Assembly: GCA_031278395.1 (NCBI GenBank)
Contig: JAITKM010000007.1
Coordinates: 222,818-286,817 of the forward strand
DNA from: Deltaproteobacteria bacterium
Lineage (GTDB): Bacteria; Bdellovibrionota_C; UBA2361; SZUA-149; JAITKM01
Direction: 5' to 3'
DNA: 64,000 bases
In this document: positions 1 through 9,880 of the stretch, piece after piece
Position numbering within the stretch: the stretch's first letter is position 1
Layout: each line of letters opens with the position of its first letter
The notes under the pieces: generated by a model
The model's database searches: none
Seen by the model: the letters and a program-made list of their open reading frames with translations, nothing else
Told to the model about the DNA's origin: nothing
Program-made: the position numbers and the translations under genes

Positions 1-37
1 TGCCTTAAGTGATCAAATTGTTCTTAACTCACCTGTT

Positions 38-832
38 TTGTATACAGGACTAGAACGTGCAAGTAATTTTATCTTTCGTAATCGAACTTGGAAATTTTTA
101 AGACGCTGGTTTAATTCCGGCAAACAAATGCTAGTTTCTCGCAAACAGTTGTTGATGAATATGGTGCAAGTGATTTATCACGGAGTGGAGCTAGAAAAAT
201 TTTATATTATAGACGAGGTAGAACGTTCTCGGATAAGGCAAAAATTAGGCATTGAATCATCTGCTAAAGTTGTAGCATATATTGGCGAGTTTAAATCACA
301 AAACCAACAGCTTGAATTTATGCAGACCTGTGCTTTAAAAATTTTAACCGACAATCAGCAAGTTAATTTTTACTTTATAACTAAAAATCGATCCTCAAAA
401 AGTCAGTCATATATTTTTAGTTGCTGTGATTTTGTGGAAAGTTTTGGCTTACAGGATAAAATGTTTTTAACTGAAGTCCAAACCGAAATTGAAATGCTAG
501 ATTTACTGCGAGCTATAGATATTGTGGTTCTCTCCCCACAGGCGGCTTTGGAGATTGATTGGTTAGCTAAAGTTTTTAGTTTAGGTAAGCCTGTAGTAAC
601 CTTTAATTTAGCGCAACATATAAAAGAGTTTGTGGGTGAATATACAACCGGCGTAATTGTGCCTGTCGAAGATTTTTATAGATTGCAGTTAGCGCTAAAG
701 GAGTTGATTAGTAATGACATTTTTTACAAGCAGTGTGTGGAGAATGCCCTAGACGTTTCTAAATATTTTTTTGATGTCAATTATGCAGTCGAAAAGTATG
801 AAAAATTATATAGAAATTTAAAAACTGCTTGA
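38..832 (+). CDS. Glycosyltransferase-like protein, probable C-terminal fragment of a gene starting upstream of the window
   Basis: C-terminal half resembles GT1-type nucleotide-sugar binding region (GKPVV..., E-x7-E-like spacing). The first M of the ORF is probably internal. Confidence 0.35.
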   Translation: MYTGLERASNFIFRNRTWKFLRRWFNSGKQMLVSRKQLLMNMVQVIYHGVELEKFYIIDEVERSRIRQKLGIESSAKVVAYIGEFKSQNQQLEFMQTCALKILTDNQQVNFYFITKNRSSKSQSYIFSCCDFVESFGLQDKMFLTEVQTEIEMLDLLRAIDIVVLSPQAALEIDWLAKVFSLGKPVVTFNLAQHIKEFVGEYTTGVIVPVEDFYRLQLALKELISNDIFYKQCVENALDVSKYFFDVNYAVEKYEKLYRNLKTA

Positions 833-873
833 AAATAATAAACAAAATTAGTAAATTCCAAAAATTTTAAATT

Positions 874-1566
874 ATGTCAAACAACATTATTTTTTTAAGT
901 GTCTTTATTTTTGTTGCCAGTATCATCACGGTTATTGTGTTAATTGCTGTAGCCAAAGGCTTTAAAGTTTTATTTTTAAATAATCTATCGCAGGAGGGGA
1001 ATTCTTTCTATTCAGATTTAGAAGAAATAAAAACGGTTGTCGAGTCGGCTAAAGCGCGTTTGGCAAGTGGTATGTTGCCATATGAAAAATTTTACGAACT
1101 AGAACAGGCGGAAATAGAATTTAGAAACAGAATTAATGAAATAAAAGAAGACACCCAAACACTAAATCAAACTCTTAAAGATTTAAATAAAAATTTAGTC
1201 GAAAAAGAGAAGAAAAGAGAAGAACTAAAGAGTAAAAGCGCTAATGTGTTGTTATTAATTGGCGAGTTAGTAGCTAATAAGACGACTTTAGAAACAGAAA
1301 TGGGAGCCTTGCAAAAGGAGCTTAATTCTTCAAAGTCTATGCTAATTACTTTGGAAAGTGAATTAGAATTGGCTGAAGATCAAAAGGCAATTTTTGTAGA
1401 ACTCCAGAATAGTTTAGAAGAACTAGAAAACCAATTATTTGAGGTTTCTACAACATATAAAGATGTATCAAAAAGTTTTATGGAACTTGAAAATCAATAT
1501 CAATCGCTAGAAAGAGAATATAAAAGATTAATAGAGTTAAATTTAAAGGATAAACCCCATTCATGA
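874..1566 (+). CDS. Membrane-anchored coiled-coil protein (hypothetical)
   Basis: N-terminal hydrophobic helix followed by long heptad-like E/K/L-rich sequence. No recognisable catalytic motifs. Confidence 0.45.
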   Translation: MSNNIIFLSVFIFVASIITVIVLIAVAKGFKVLFLNNLSQEGNSFYSDLEEIKTVVESAKARLASGMLPYEKFYELEQAEIEFRNRINEIKEDTQTLNQTLKDLNKNLVEKEKKREELKSKSANVLLLIGELVANKTTLETEMGALQKELNSSKSMLITLESELELAEDQKAIFVELQNSLEELENQLFEVSTTYKDVSKSFMELENQYQSLEREYKRLIELNLKDKPHS

Positions 1567-1645
1567 TTTTAACGCTTAAAGTTTTGAGTAAAACTGTCGC
1601 GTGTTAGTTGGCTTGGAGGTAGTTTGTATATTATTAGGATTTATT

Positions 1646-3160
1646 ATGAAAAAATCAATTACATTAAAACCGCTTACTTTTTATTTTTTATTGTTTTGCA
1701 CTTGTTTTTCTATCTTTATTGTCCTTGGTTCGTTTAACCAAAAACCTGAAGATGTTTCAGCGGCAACTAGCAATGCTGAAAATAAAAAGGAAACTATTGT
1801 TAAAAATCAAGATGACTATAATAACTTAAAAGTTTTTACAGATGTTATCGCGCTTATTAAAAGAAACTATTACCGTGAAGTTGACTTTTTGCAACTAGTG
1901 CAAGGCGCAATTAAGGGTATGGTTGCTACCCTTGATCCGCATAGTTCATATTTGACTGCTGATAATTTTAAAGATTTAAAAGTTGAAACTAAGGGTGAAT
2001 TTGGTGGCTTAGGCATAGAAATTACCATTAGGGATACGACGCTGACAGTTGTTTCGCCGATTGAAGATTCGCCAGCTTATCGGGCTGGCGTCATGGCTGG
2101 AGATCAAATTATAAAAATTGAAGATGAGTTCACTAAGGACATGACTTTAAGTGATGCATTAAAAAGAATGCGTGGTTTAAAAGGCACTCCAGTAACTATT
2201 TATATTCATCGTGAAGGACGTAAAAATTTATTACCTTTTACGATTGTGCGAGATAATATTAAAGTTAAGAGTGTGCGTTTTAGAATGCTTGATGACGGCA
2301 TTGGTTATATTCGACTGGCGCAATTCCAAGAAGATTCGTCAAGCGAATTTATTTCTGCACTAAAGACTTTAGAAAAGCAAAATAAAAAACAGTTATCGGG
2401 CTTAGTCATGGATTTGCGCAATAATCCGGGTGGCTTATTAACTCAGGCAGTGCGAGTGACAGATTTGTTTTTAGATGGCGGAATAATTGTTTATACTGAG
2501 GGACGTTTAGAAAGTAATAAATCTGAATATTATGCGCATAACGATAGTACAGAGCCAAAATACCCAATTATAGTTTTAGTTAATGAAGGCTCGGCATCGG
2601 CTTCTGAAATTGTTGCGGGAGCATTTCAAGATGCTAGACGGGCAGTGGTGGTCGGGGCGCAGACTTTTGGAAAGGGTTCAGTGCAAACGATTATCCCAAT
2701 GGAAAATGATCAAGCCTTAAAACTAACTACAGCCCTCTATTATACGCGGAGTGGGCGTTCGATTCAGGCAGTTGGTGTAACGCCAGATAAATTAGTAGCG
2801 ACTAAACCAATTCAACTGGAAGACCTCGACGAGGTGGCTCCAGAAGATGTTTTAAAACCTAAAGAAAGCTCTTTAAAAGGTTCAATTAGAAATCCTAAAC
2901 AGAGGACTAGCGATTTGGAAGGCAATAAGGAGCTGACTATTTCGCAGTATCCTAAACAAAAAGTAAAGGAGCCAAAGTATTTAATTGGTTCAAGAGATGC
3001 AATGAACGCTGAGCTGAGTTTTGTGCTAAGCGAGGATCCGCAGTTAGCTGAAGGTTTAAAGATTATTAAAGATTGGATAGCTACAGGAAAGCAGCCTATA
3101 TTTGATAAGCCGGAAGCCTCGAAAGTCGCTAGCAGCAAAAAAACAGTTAGCGCTAATTAA
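1646..3160 (+). CDS. ctpA: Carboxy-terminal processing protease (S41 family, tail-specific protease) with PDZ domain
   Basis: Signal/TM segment. PDZ region GEFGGLGIEITIRD. S41 motifs DLRNNPGGLL and GSASASEI. The ORF track starts at 1601 (TTG/ATG) but the ATG at 1646 (MKKSITLK...) is the more plausible start. Confidence 0.85.
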   Translation: MKKSITLKPLTFYFLLFCTCFSIFIVLGSFNQKPEDVSAATSNAENKKETIVKNQDDYNNLKVFTDVIALIKRNYYREVDFLQLVQGAIKGMVATLDPHSSYLTADNFKDLKVETKGEFGGLGIEITIRDTTLTVVSPIEDSPAYRAGVMAGDQIIKIEDEFTKDMTLSDALKRMRGLKGTPVTIYIHREGRKNLLPFTIVRDNIKVKSVRFRMLDDGIGYIRLAQFQEDSSSEFISALKTLEKQNKKQLSGLVMDLRNNPGGLLTQAVRVTDLFLDGGIIVYTEGRLESNKSEYYAHNDSTEPKYPIIVLVNEGSASASEIVAGAFQDARRAVVVGAQTFGKGSVQTIIPMENDQALKLTTALYYTRSGRSIQAVGVTPDKLVATKPIQLEDLDEVAPEDVLKPKESSLKGSIRNPKQRTSDLEGNKELTISQYPKQKVKEPKYLIGSRDAMNAELSFVLSEDPQLAEGLKIIKDWIATGKQPIFDKPEASKVASSKKTVSAN

Positions 3161-3331
3161 ATTAATTAAACTATCCAGTGTCAGATAAAAGAAAAACGTA
3201 AGTCCTTGTAAGTTCCCCTTGTGGGTGACTATACAAGGACGTCGCGAGGCTATTCAAGAGTTGAAAGTTTGTTCTGTGTCCTCTGGGGTTTTATTTCCTA
3301 AGGAGCGGGTGGAGCTCCCCTAGTTAAAATT

Positions 3332-4099
3332 ATGAACTTGAAAAAACGACTAGACGTATTGTTAGTTGAGCGGGGATTAGCTAGCTCGCGAGAGAAAGCT
3401 CAAGCCTTAATTTTGGCGGGGAATGTTTTGGTTAATAATGAGCCGGCAGAAAAAGTTGGTTTGCGCTATGGAGTGGGGGAAAATATCCGGGTGCGTGGGG
3501 AGGTTTCTAAATTTGTGGGTCGTGGTGGAGATAAGATTGAACCGGCTTTTGAATTTTTTGGGATAAATTTAAATGGCGTGGTAGCGCTGGATGTTGGAGC
3601 TTCAACGGGTGGGTTTACAGATTGTATGTTACAGCGTGGTGCGAAAATGGTTTATGCAGTTGATGTTGGATATAATCAGTTGGCGCATAAATTAAGAACG
3701 GATGCGCGAGTTGTGGTCTATGAAAAAACGCATGCTAAGGATTTAGCAAGGCTTAATTTTAAGCCGCAACCAGAGTTTGCTACGATAGATGTAAGTTTTA
3801 TTGGGGTTAGAAAAGTATTAGGTTATGTAGTTGAGCTATTTAGAAATTTTGAAGCTCAACCGTATTTTTCTATTGCAGAGAAAAAGTTAGGTATTTTAGC
3901 TTTAGTTAAACCGCAATTTGAGCTTGGTCAAAAATTTATCTCTAAAGGCGGGGTTGTTAAAGAAGAACAAGCTCAGTTAGAGGCAGTTAAGTTAGTTCAA
4001 GAGTATGCACAAAGTTTAGGTTTAGTGGTGGCTAATTCCTTTGCCTGTCCCCTACGTGGCGAAAAAAGTGGTAATCAAGAATATTTTTTATATATGTAG
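3332..4099 (+). CDS. tlyA: TlyA-family rRNA 2'-O-methyltransferase (hemolysin A-like), S4 + FtsJ domains
   Basis: N-terminal S4 RNA-binding motif (LDVLLVERGLASSREKAQALI) and SAM-binding LDVGASTGGFTDCML. Confidence 0.85.
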   Translation: MNLKKRLDVLLVERGLASSREKAQALILAGNVLVNNEPAEKVGLRYGVGENIRVRGEVSKFVGRGGDKIEPAFEFFGINLNGVVALDVGASTGGFTDCMLQRGAKMVYAVDVGYNQLAHKLRTDARVVVYEKTHAKDLARLNFKPQPEFATIDVSFIGVRKVLGYVVELFRNFEAQPYFSIAEKKLGILALVKPQFELGQKFISKGGVVKEEQAQLEAVKLVQEYAQSLGLVVANSFACPLRGEKSGNQEYFLYM

Positions 4100-4427
4100 T
4101 GGTAGTGTATAACATTAGTTTTTTCTGATATCTGATATAGGATTAGTGCGTATTTTTGCTTTCTTTAAAAAAATAACAAGATAATCGATAGTTATAACTT
4201 TTTTATTGACTTGTAAAAGATTGGCTATTGTACTGTGGATACGTCAGTAATATCTATCATTTTTCTTTTTTTTCTTTTTTTTGTGTATTTTTTTTTTTTT
4301 TTGATAAGAAATTGCGGGAAAGTTTGGCAATTTTTTTAGGGCAGTTAATAATATTTGTCATTTTTTCATTTAAAAAAAATAAAGTTTCATTTTTAACAAT
4401 TAAAATTTGATTAAAGGTAATTCAATT

Positions 4428-5144
4428 ATGAAAAATAAATTATATTTAACTATTGCAGCAGTAATAGTGTTTAGTTCATCAATTAATTTGGCAAATGCCG
4501 AAAAAAATACTAGCGCTGTTTCAGTTGCTCCTTACGTTTCTTCTAAAATTTCTTTTGGTTGGGTAAAAGCGCACAATTTGTCAGCTGATGTCCCCTTATT
4601 GGCTGGGACTTCATTTGCTTCTAGTGGTCATACAGATGGAGTTTGGGGAACAAAATTAGCGATTGGCGCGGATACCGCAATTAAAGCTATTCATGGCTCA
4701 ATTAGAACTGAGTTAGAGCTTGGCTTTAATTCAGCATATGAAAACAATGGACTTGTTTCAAATAGTTCTCCCTCTACGTGGGATTATACAAATATTGAAA
4801 GCAAAACTTTTTTATTTAATCTTTACTATGACTTAAATACTTGTTCTAAATTTACTCCTTATATTGGAGGTGGATTAGGTTTGAGCCACTTAGATAGTTC
4901 TGTAACCGCGGCTGATCCTGCTGCAGGTTGGTCTTTTTCATCAAGAAAATCGGTTAATAAATTTTCGTGGCAAGTTGGCGCTGGCGTAGCATATGCCCTT
5001 AACGACAAGGTGGACTTAGACTTAGGATATAGATACTCAGATTGGGGGTCTCTTAGTAGCACGCTTACTGGGGTGATAGATATTCCAATCAAAGCTGATT
5101 TAAGAAGCCATGAAGTTTTGCTTGGTTTGCGATATACTTTCTAA
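4428..5144 (+). CDS. Outer-membrane beta-barrel protein (OmpA-like N-terminal / OmpW-opacity type porin)
   Basis: Cleavable signal peptide (AAVIVFSSSINLANA). Alternating amphipathic beta-strand pattern. C-terminal aromatic residue (…LGLRYTF). ATG at 4428 preceded by AAAGGT. Confidence 0.6.
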   Translation: MKNKLYLTIAAVIVFSSSINLANAEKNTSAVSVAPYVSSKISFGWVKAHNLSADVPLLAGTSFASSGHTDGVWGTKLAIGADTAIKAIHGSIRTELELGFNSAYENNGLVSNSSPSTWDYTNIESKTFLFNLYYDLNTCSKFTPYIGGGLGLSHLDSSVTAADPAAGWSFSSRKSVNKFSWQVGAGVAYALNDKVDLDLGYRYSDWGSLSSTLTGVIDIPIKADLRSHEVLLGLRYTF

Positions 5145-5189
5145 TTTGTTTTAATTTCTGTTTGGCTCGTGAGATAGTTCAGACAGAAA

Positions 5190-5252
5190 GACCGCAAGGT
5201 TGAGACATCAGCTATCAGACTGCCTAATTACTCCTAACTTTACCTTGCGGTC
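5190..5252. terminator. 11-bp stem hairpin (GACCGCAAGGT / ACCTTGCGGTC) with ~41-nt loop between convergent OMP and histidine-kinase genes, followed by a T-run
   Basis: Inverted repeat read directly from the sequence. The T-run CTTTGAACTTTTT lies downstream on the + strand. Possibly a bidirectional terminator or a small structured RNA. Confidence 0.35.
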
Positions 5253-5329
5253 TCCTTTGAACTTTTTAAGGGATTTTACTTCTATGGTAGCGCAACCAAT
5301 TTTATAGAAACTAATTAAAAATCATACTT

Positions 5330-6478
5330 CTAATTCACGACAAATCCAACTTTAATAATACTTCCTATACCATCCTCTGGTTTTTCATAGGTTAAAATTC
5401 CCTGGTTGAGGCGAATATAATGCTCGGCAATGCTTAACCCTAAGCCACCTCCTTGTTGCTCAAGTTTTTTTCTGTTGAGTTGCGATAATTCTTTACAAGC
5501 TTCTGCAAAAGAACCGTCTGGAAAACCTGCCCCATAATCACGAATACAGCAATAAATTAGTTGGTCTTCTTTTTTTAGCATTACATCGATGTCACAACCT
5601 TTTTGATTGAACTTATGGGCATTGGAAAGAATACGCTGTAACGCGTTGATGAGATATTTAGGCGAGACATTAATTTTTACATTTTGTAATAATAAGGAGT
5701 TAAAATTTATATATGGTGCAGCTTCATTACAATATTCCGAATAATCTTCTAGAAACGAATCAATAGCGTTTTGCACAAGTCTTGAAAAAATTACTTGCTT
5801 TGTGGTTTTTAAAATTTGGTCTGGTAACGGATTAAATCCTAGCTTTAATTGTTGGATGGTTAGTAAATCTTCTATTAAATTAGATAACTTTTTTCCACCA
5901 TGCTCAATCGTAGTTATTAATTCGGCTAAGTTATCATTTCTTAATTTTTCTTTTAACAACTCCGTGCCATTGTTAATTAAGACTAATGGAGTTCTAAATT
6001 CATGTGATATGGTTTGTAAGAGATAGTGTTTGTTAGCGCTTATCTGATCTTCTAAATATAATTTATTTTTCCAAGCTTTTTGGAGTTTGCCTTTTATAGA
6101 CGCCAACAAGTCAGCTGGCAAAAAAGGTTTGGTAATAAAATCGTCAATTCCGAATTCCTTAGCTTTTCTGATTTCAGTCCCAGAATTAAGACTACTTAAA
6201 AAAATAAAAGGTAAATTCTCATGATTATCTAAAGCCTGAACTTGGGAATAAAAATCAAAACCATCTTGTTCGGGCATTTTAATATCTGAAATTATTAAAT
6301 CAATTTTGGGCTGACCAAGTAATAAAAAACTTAAAGCTGAGTTGGCGTTAGATTTGGTAATAGCATGGTAACCCTGTGCATTTAGAAGTTCCTCTAGGGT
6401 ACTTAAAACTGTAGTATTGTCATCAACGACTAGGATATTAAATTGCGGCAAAGAAGGTGAATTGACAAAGTGTTCCAT
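5330..6478 (-). CDS. Hybrid sensor histidine kinase with N-terminal receiver domain
   Basis: REC motifs (ILVVDDN..., DLIISDIKMP). HisKA H-box SHEFRTPL. HATPase G-boxes (DYGAGF, GGGLGLSIAEHY). Confidence 0.85.
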   Translation of the reverse strand: MEHFVNSPSLPQFNILVVDDNTTVLSTLEELLNAQGYHAITKSNANSALSFLLLGQPKIDLIISDIKMPEQDGFDFYSQVQALDNHENLPFIFLSSLNSGTEIRKAKEFGIDDFITKPFLPADLLASIKGKLQKAWKNKLYLEDQISANKHYLLQTISHEFRTPLVLINNGTELLKEKLRNDNLAELITTIEHGGKKLSNLIEDLLTIQQLKLGFNPLPDQILKTTKQVIFSRLVQNAIDSFLEDYSEYCNEAAPYINFNSLLLQNVKINVSPKYLINALQRILSNAHKFNQKGCDIDVMLKKEDQLIYCCIRDYGAGFPDGSFAEACKELSQLNRKKLEQQGGGLGLSIAEHYIRLNQGILTYEKPEDGIGSIIKVGFVVN

Positions 6479-6736
6479 GGTTTATGTTTATCGGCTGTTT
6501 AAAGAAATAATGTAAAAAATTACGTAACATATTATAATTTATATTTTTCTGAGTGTAGAAAAACAGCTAATTTATTGAAACTAAAAAAGCACGATTGGCT
6601 GTGTTATTTTTCTAGCTTGATTAATTATCCTATTTATTGATATGCGTTTTGCCTACTAGGTAAATTTGCCTCAGCGTTATAATGATTTTTTAGAAGTTCC
6701 TTGAAGTATTAGAGATACCCTTAGGATATAATTTAT

Positions 6737-7660
6737 ATGAAACAACGCATTGCAGCCCTATTCACAGGTCAGGGCGCCCAAAAAATTGGTATGGGCAAAA
6801 GTTTTTTTGAGGCAAGCGAAGTAGCTCAAGAACTTTTTAAGACAGCTGACAAAACACTAGGCTTTAAACTTTCAGAATTATGTTTTAAAGGACCAATTGA
6901 GGAACTAACCTTAACAGCTAATGCCCAGCCGGCTTTACTTCTGACTTCATTTATAGCTTTTAAATTATCTGGTATTCAGCCTCTGGCTGGGGCTGGACAT
7001 AGTTTAGGAGAATATTCTGCCCTAGTCGCGGCAGGTAGTTTAAAGTTCGAAGATGCAATTAACCTCGTGCATAAACGCGGCAGGTATATGCAAGAAGCAG
7101 TGCCAGCTGGAACTGGAAAAATGATTGCTGTTATGGGGCCAGAAGAAGTAGAGTTACAGGAGTTAATCAACCAAGTTACAAACTCTAGAACAGGTGTAAT
7201 TGTCGAAATTGCAAACTTGAATACGCCGGGACAAACTGTGCTATCTGGCAATAATTCTGGAATTGACGATTTTCTTAAGTTAGCAGGTGAGAAGAAAATT
7301 AAAGTTATACCACTAAATGTCAGTGCACCTTTTCATTGTAGTTTAATGCAGTCCGCAGCCGATAAGTTAGCAATAGATTTGGAACTGACTGAATTTCGCG
7401 ATCCAGAGTGGGTAATTTATTCTAATGTTACAGCCCAAGCTGTGAAAACAGGGGTTACAGCTAGGGAGTTGTTAAAAAAGCAAGTTTGCGGTTCAGTGCG
7501 CTGGTTTGAATCCGTGCGTAACATGCTACAAGAAAATAATATCGAAGTTACAATTGAATTTGGAGCCTCAGATGTGCTGACTAAAATGCAAAAACGAATT
7601 AATGATACAGTGGAAAAATATGTAGTTAGCGATATGCAGCAACTCCAAGCATTAATTTAA
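6737..7660 (+). CDS. fabD: Malonyl-CoA:ACP transacylase
   Basis: GQGAQKIGMG and active-site GHSLGEYSALV motifs, with typical length. Confidence 0.9.
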   Translation: MKQRIAALFTGQGAQKIGMGKSFFEASEVAQELFKTADKTLGFKLSELCFKGPIEELTLTANAQPALLLTSFIAFKLSGIQPLAGAGHSLGEYSALVAAGSLKFEDAINLVHKRGRYMQEAVPAGTGKMIAVMGPEEVELQELINQVTNSRTGVIVEIANLNTPGQTVLSGNNSGIDDFLKLAGEKKIKVIPLNVSAPFHCSLMQSAADKLAIDLELTEFRDPEWVIYSNVTAQAVKTGVTARELLKKQVCGSVRWFESVRNMLQENNIEVTIEFGASDVLTKMQKRINDTVEKYVVSDMQQLQALI

Positions 7661-7665
7661 AAATT

Positions 7666-8241
7666 ATGACTTATAATAAATTTATCTTATTTGTTTTTTT
7701 GAGTTTTTTTATTTTTTTTGAAATGGCGAGCGCGCAAGATTTTTTAGGTGGTAAATCAAATTCAAATACTAAACAGGCTAACAAGCAACAGATCTATAAA
7801 TGCGGCAATAGTTGGAGCTATTATCCCTGTCCAGCAGTAATAGAAACTACAACTTCATTATCCAAAAGCGTGAGTTCAAAATATTCGGAAATCGAGAATA
7901 TCAAAGTAGATCTATCCAAGATGAAGTTAATTGAGAATATTGATAAATTGATAACGGATTTGGATAGGCGTTATCATGTCATCCCCAATCATGCTTATCG
8001 AATTAAGGCTCTTTGTAAGAATCCTGAAATTTCAGTAATGACTTGTGCCAGACTGGTAGAGGAACTAAAAGAGAGTGTTAAGTCTTATGACAAAGACCAA
8101 GAATTAGCTGAACTTGAAAGGCGAGAAAAAAGAGAGCTGGATGAAAAGAAAAGAATGGTTCTGCGGGCAGAAAGATTAAAGGCACTTCAGAGACATAAAG
8201 TTGAAAAAAAGAATCAAGAAAAAGAGATAGAGCAGTTTTAA
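7666..8241 (+). CDS. Secreted coiled-coil protein (hypothetical)
   Basis: Signal peptide (FFEMASAQD) and a charged K/E-rich C-terminus. Starts 5 nt after the fabD stop. Confidence 0.4.
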   Translation: MTYNKFILFVFLSFFIFFEMASAQDFLGGKSNSNTKQANKQQIYKCGNSWSYYPCPAVIETTTSLSKSVSSKYSEIENIKVDLSKMKLIENIDKLITDLDRRYHVIPNHAYRIKALCKNPEISVMTCARLVEELKESVKSYDKDQELAELERREKRELDEKKRMVLRAERLKALQRHKVEKKNQEKEIEQF

Positions 8242-8560
8242 AAATCAAGGGAAAATATTATAACAGATTTAATTTTTATTATTACGTCTCTAACAGATTA
8301 GTTTGACGCTTATTTAACTAGAATTTTAAAGCTGAAACTATTATTGGTAGAAAGCTAAATCCTTTAGTAGATAAAACTCTTGTTATGGCGGTATTAGTTA
8401 TGCTAAGTGCATGAACTGTCTGCGTTTACCAGCTGGATGACCGTAGTTCTGATTTCTAGGGATATGATTATTACAGGATTGCGTTCGTTGGTTGTTTTAA
8501 AAAGTAAAGTTGTTTCAGCTTTTATAGAATAATGAAATTTGTTTAATAAGGAATACTAAT

Positions 8561-8914
8561 ATGAAAAAAATATTTACTGGTTCGTCTATTTTGGTTGCTT
8601 TGTTAGTTTTGATAACTGCTTGCTCTTCAACACCAGATTTTGGAGAACCTTACGGAGAATTACCAGCGTCATGCCAGATAGAAGTATTTATTTCAGCGAG
8701 TTGTCAATATTGCCATAAGTTACAAGAATTTCTTAAAGCTAAAAATATTCCGTTTATTAAACGCGATGTAGTTCACGATTATTGGGCAAGGCAGGATTAT
8801 TATGCCTTAAAAGGTTCAGGAGTTCCATTAACTAAAATTGGCGATAAATTAGTCAAAGGTAATCGCCCAGAAGAGGTTGAAGCTGCTTTTCGTGAATATT
8901 GTGGAATTAAATAA
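8561..8914 (+). CDS. Glutaredoxin/NrdH-like thiol-disulfide oxidoreductase, probable lipoprotein
   Basis: Lipobox-like LITAC. CxxC motif (CQYC) followed by the glutaredoxin-type FIKRDV region. Confidence 0.55.
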   Translation: MKKIFTGSSILVALLVLITACSSTPDFGEPYGELPASCQIEVFISASCQYCHKLQEFLKAKNIPFIKRDVVHDYWARQDYYALKGSGVPLTKIGDKLVKGNRPEEVEAAFREYCGIK

Positions 8915-8955
8915 AAGAGCCTAAAGGTTTCCTAACTTATTAAAGATACCTTAAT

Positions 8956-9786
8956 ATGAGATTTACTAAAATGCATGGTATAGGCAATGATTATGTCTAT
9001 ATCAACGGCTTTGTTGAAACAGTAGATGAGCCAGAAAAATTAGCACTTAAAATCAGTGATCGACATTTTGGAGTTGGTAGCGATGGCTTAATTTTAGTGC
9101 TACCCTCGCAAGTCGCTGATTTAAAAATGCAAATGTTTAATGCCGACGGCTCTGAAGCTGAAATGTGCGGTAATGGTTCACGTTGTGTTGGAAAATTTGC
9201 TTTTGATAAGGAGCTTATCAAAAAGACAGAATTTACTTTAGAAACCAAAGCCGGTATTAAATATTTAAAAATTTTAGCTGGCGATCTTAAAAAACGTAAG
9301 GTGCAAGTTGATATAGGTGAACCGATTCTTGATCCAGCTCAAATACCGGTGCGGATTAATCAAAGACCTGTTTTAAATTATCCAATTCTAATTGATGATA
9401 CAACTTGGAATATTACTTGTGTTTCAATGGGTAATCCACATGCTGTTGTTATAACCCAGAATATAGAAAAGTTAGATTTGCCAACTTTGGGACCTAAATT
9501 TGAGAACCATCAACTTTTTCCTAATCGAATTAACACTGAATTTATAGAAGTAATTACGCGGTCGCTAATAAAAATGCGGGTTTGGGAACGAGGCTCTGCT
9601 GAAACCTTAGCTTGTGGAACAGGGGCTTGTGCTAGTGTGGTAGCGACAATTTTAAATGGGTTGTGTGACAGGCAAGTAGTAGTCAAATTAATAGGCGGAG
9701 ACTTGGAAGTTTATTGGAGTGCTGAAGATAACCATATTTATATGACAGGTGATGCAGTTACAGTGTTTGAAGGAGAGTATTTATAG
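8956..9786 (+). CDS. dapF: Diaminopimelate epimerase
   Basis: Hallmark N-terminus MRFTKMHGIGNDYVYI and the two catalytic Cys regions (CGNGSRC; ACGTGACAS). Confidence 0.9.
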   Translation: MRFTKMHGIGNDYVYINGFVETVDEPEKLALKISDRHFGVGSDGLILVLPSQVADLKMQMFNADGSEAEMCGNGSRCVGKFAFDKELIKKTEFTLETKAGIKYLKILAGDLKKRKVQVDIGEPILDPAQIPVRINQRPVLNYPILIDDTTWNITCVSMGNPHAVVITQNIEKLDLPTLGPKFENHQLFPNRINTEFIEVITRSLIKMRVWERGSAETLACGTGACASVVATILNGLCDRQVVVKLIGGDLEVYWSAEDNHIYMTGDAVTVFEGEYL

Positions 9787-9880
9787 TATCTACTATTATT
9801 GAATAGTAATAAATGGTAATTTATTGACGATGATTTTTGGCGCATCCTTCTTCATCATGATTTTAAAAACGTTAGATCTA

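Noticed and set aside
2812-3138. Antisense ORFs nested in ctpA, and similarly 4859-5092, 5802-6026, 6976-7251, 8997-9248, 19445-19852, 20564-20887, 21196-21396, 21544-21798, 23054-23326, 24135-24419, 24660-24926, 26283-26549, 27579-27974, 28556-28984, 52356-52682, 53832-54080, 54240-54587, 54683-54961
   Set aside because: All are fully contained on the opposite strand or in an alternate frame of long, motif-supported genes. They show no independent signals and their composition is typical of antisense noise.
4228-4410. 60-aa ORF (FFSFFCVFFFFF...)
   Set aside because: It is a translation of homopolymeric T/C tracts in the OMP promoter region. Low-complexity artefact.
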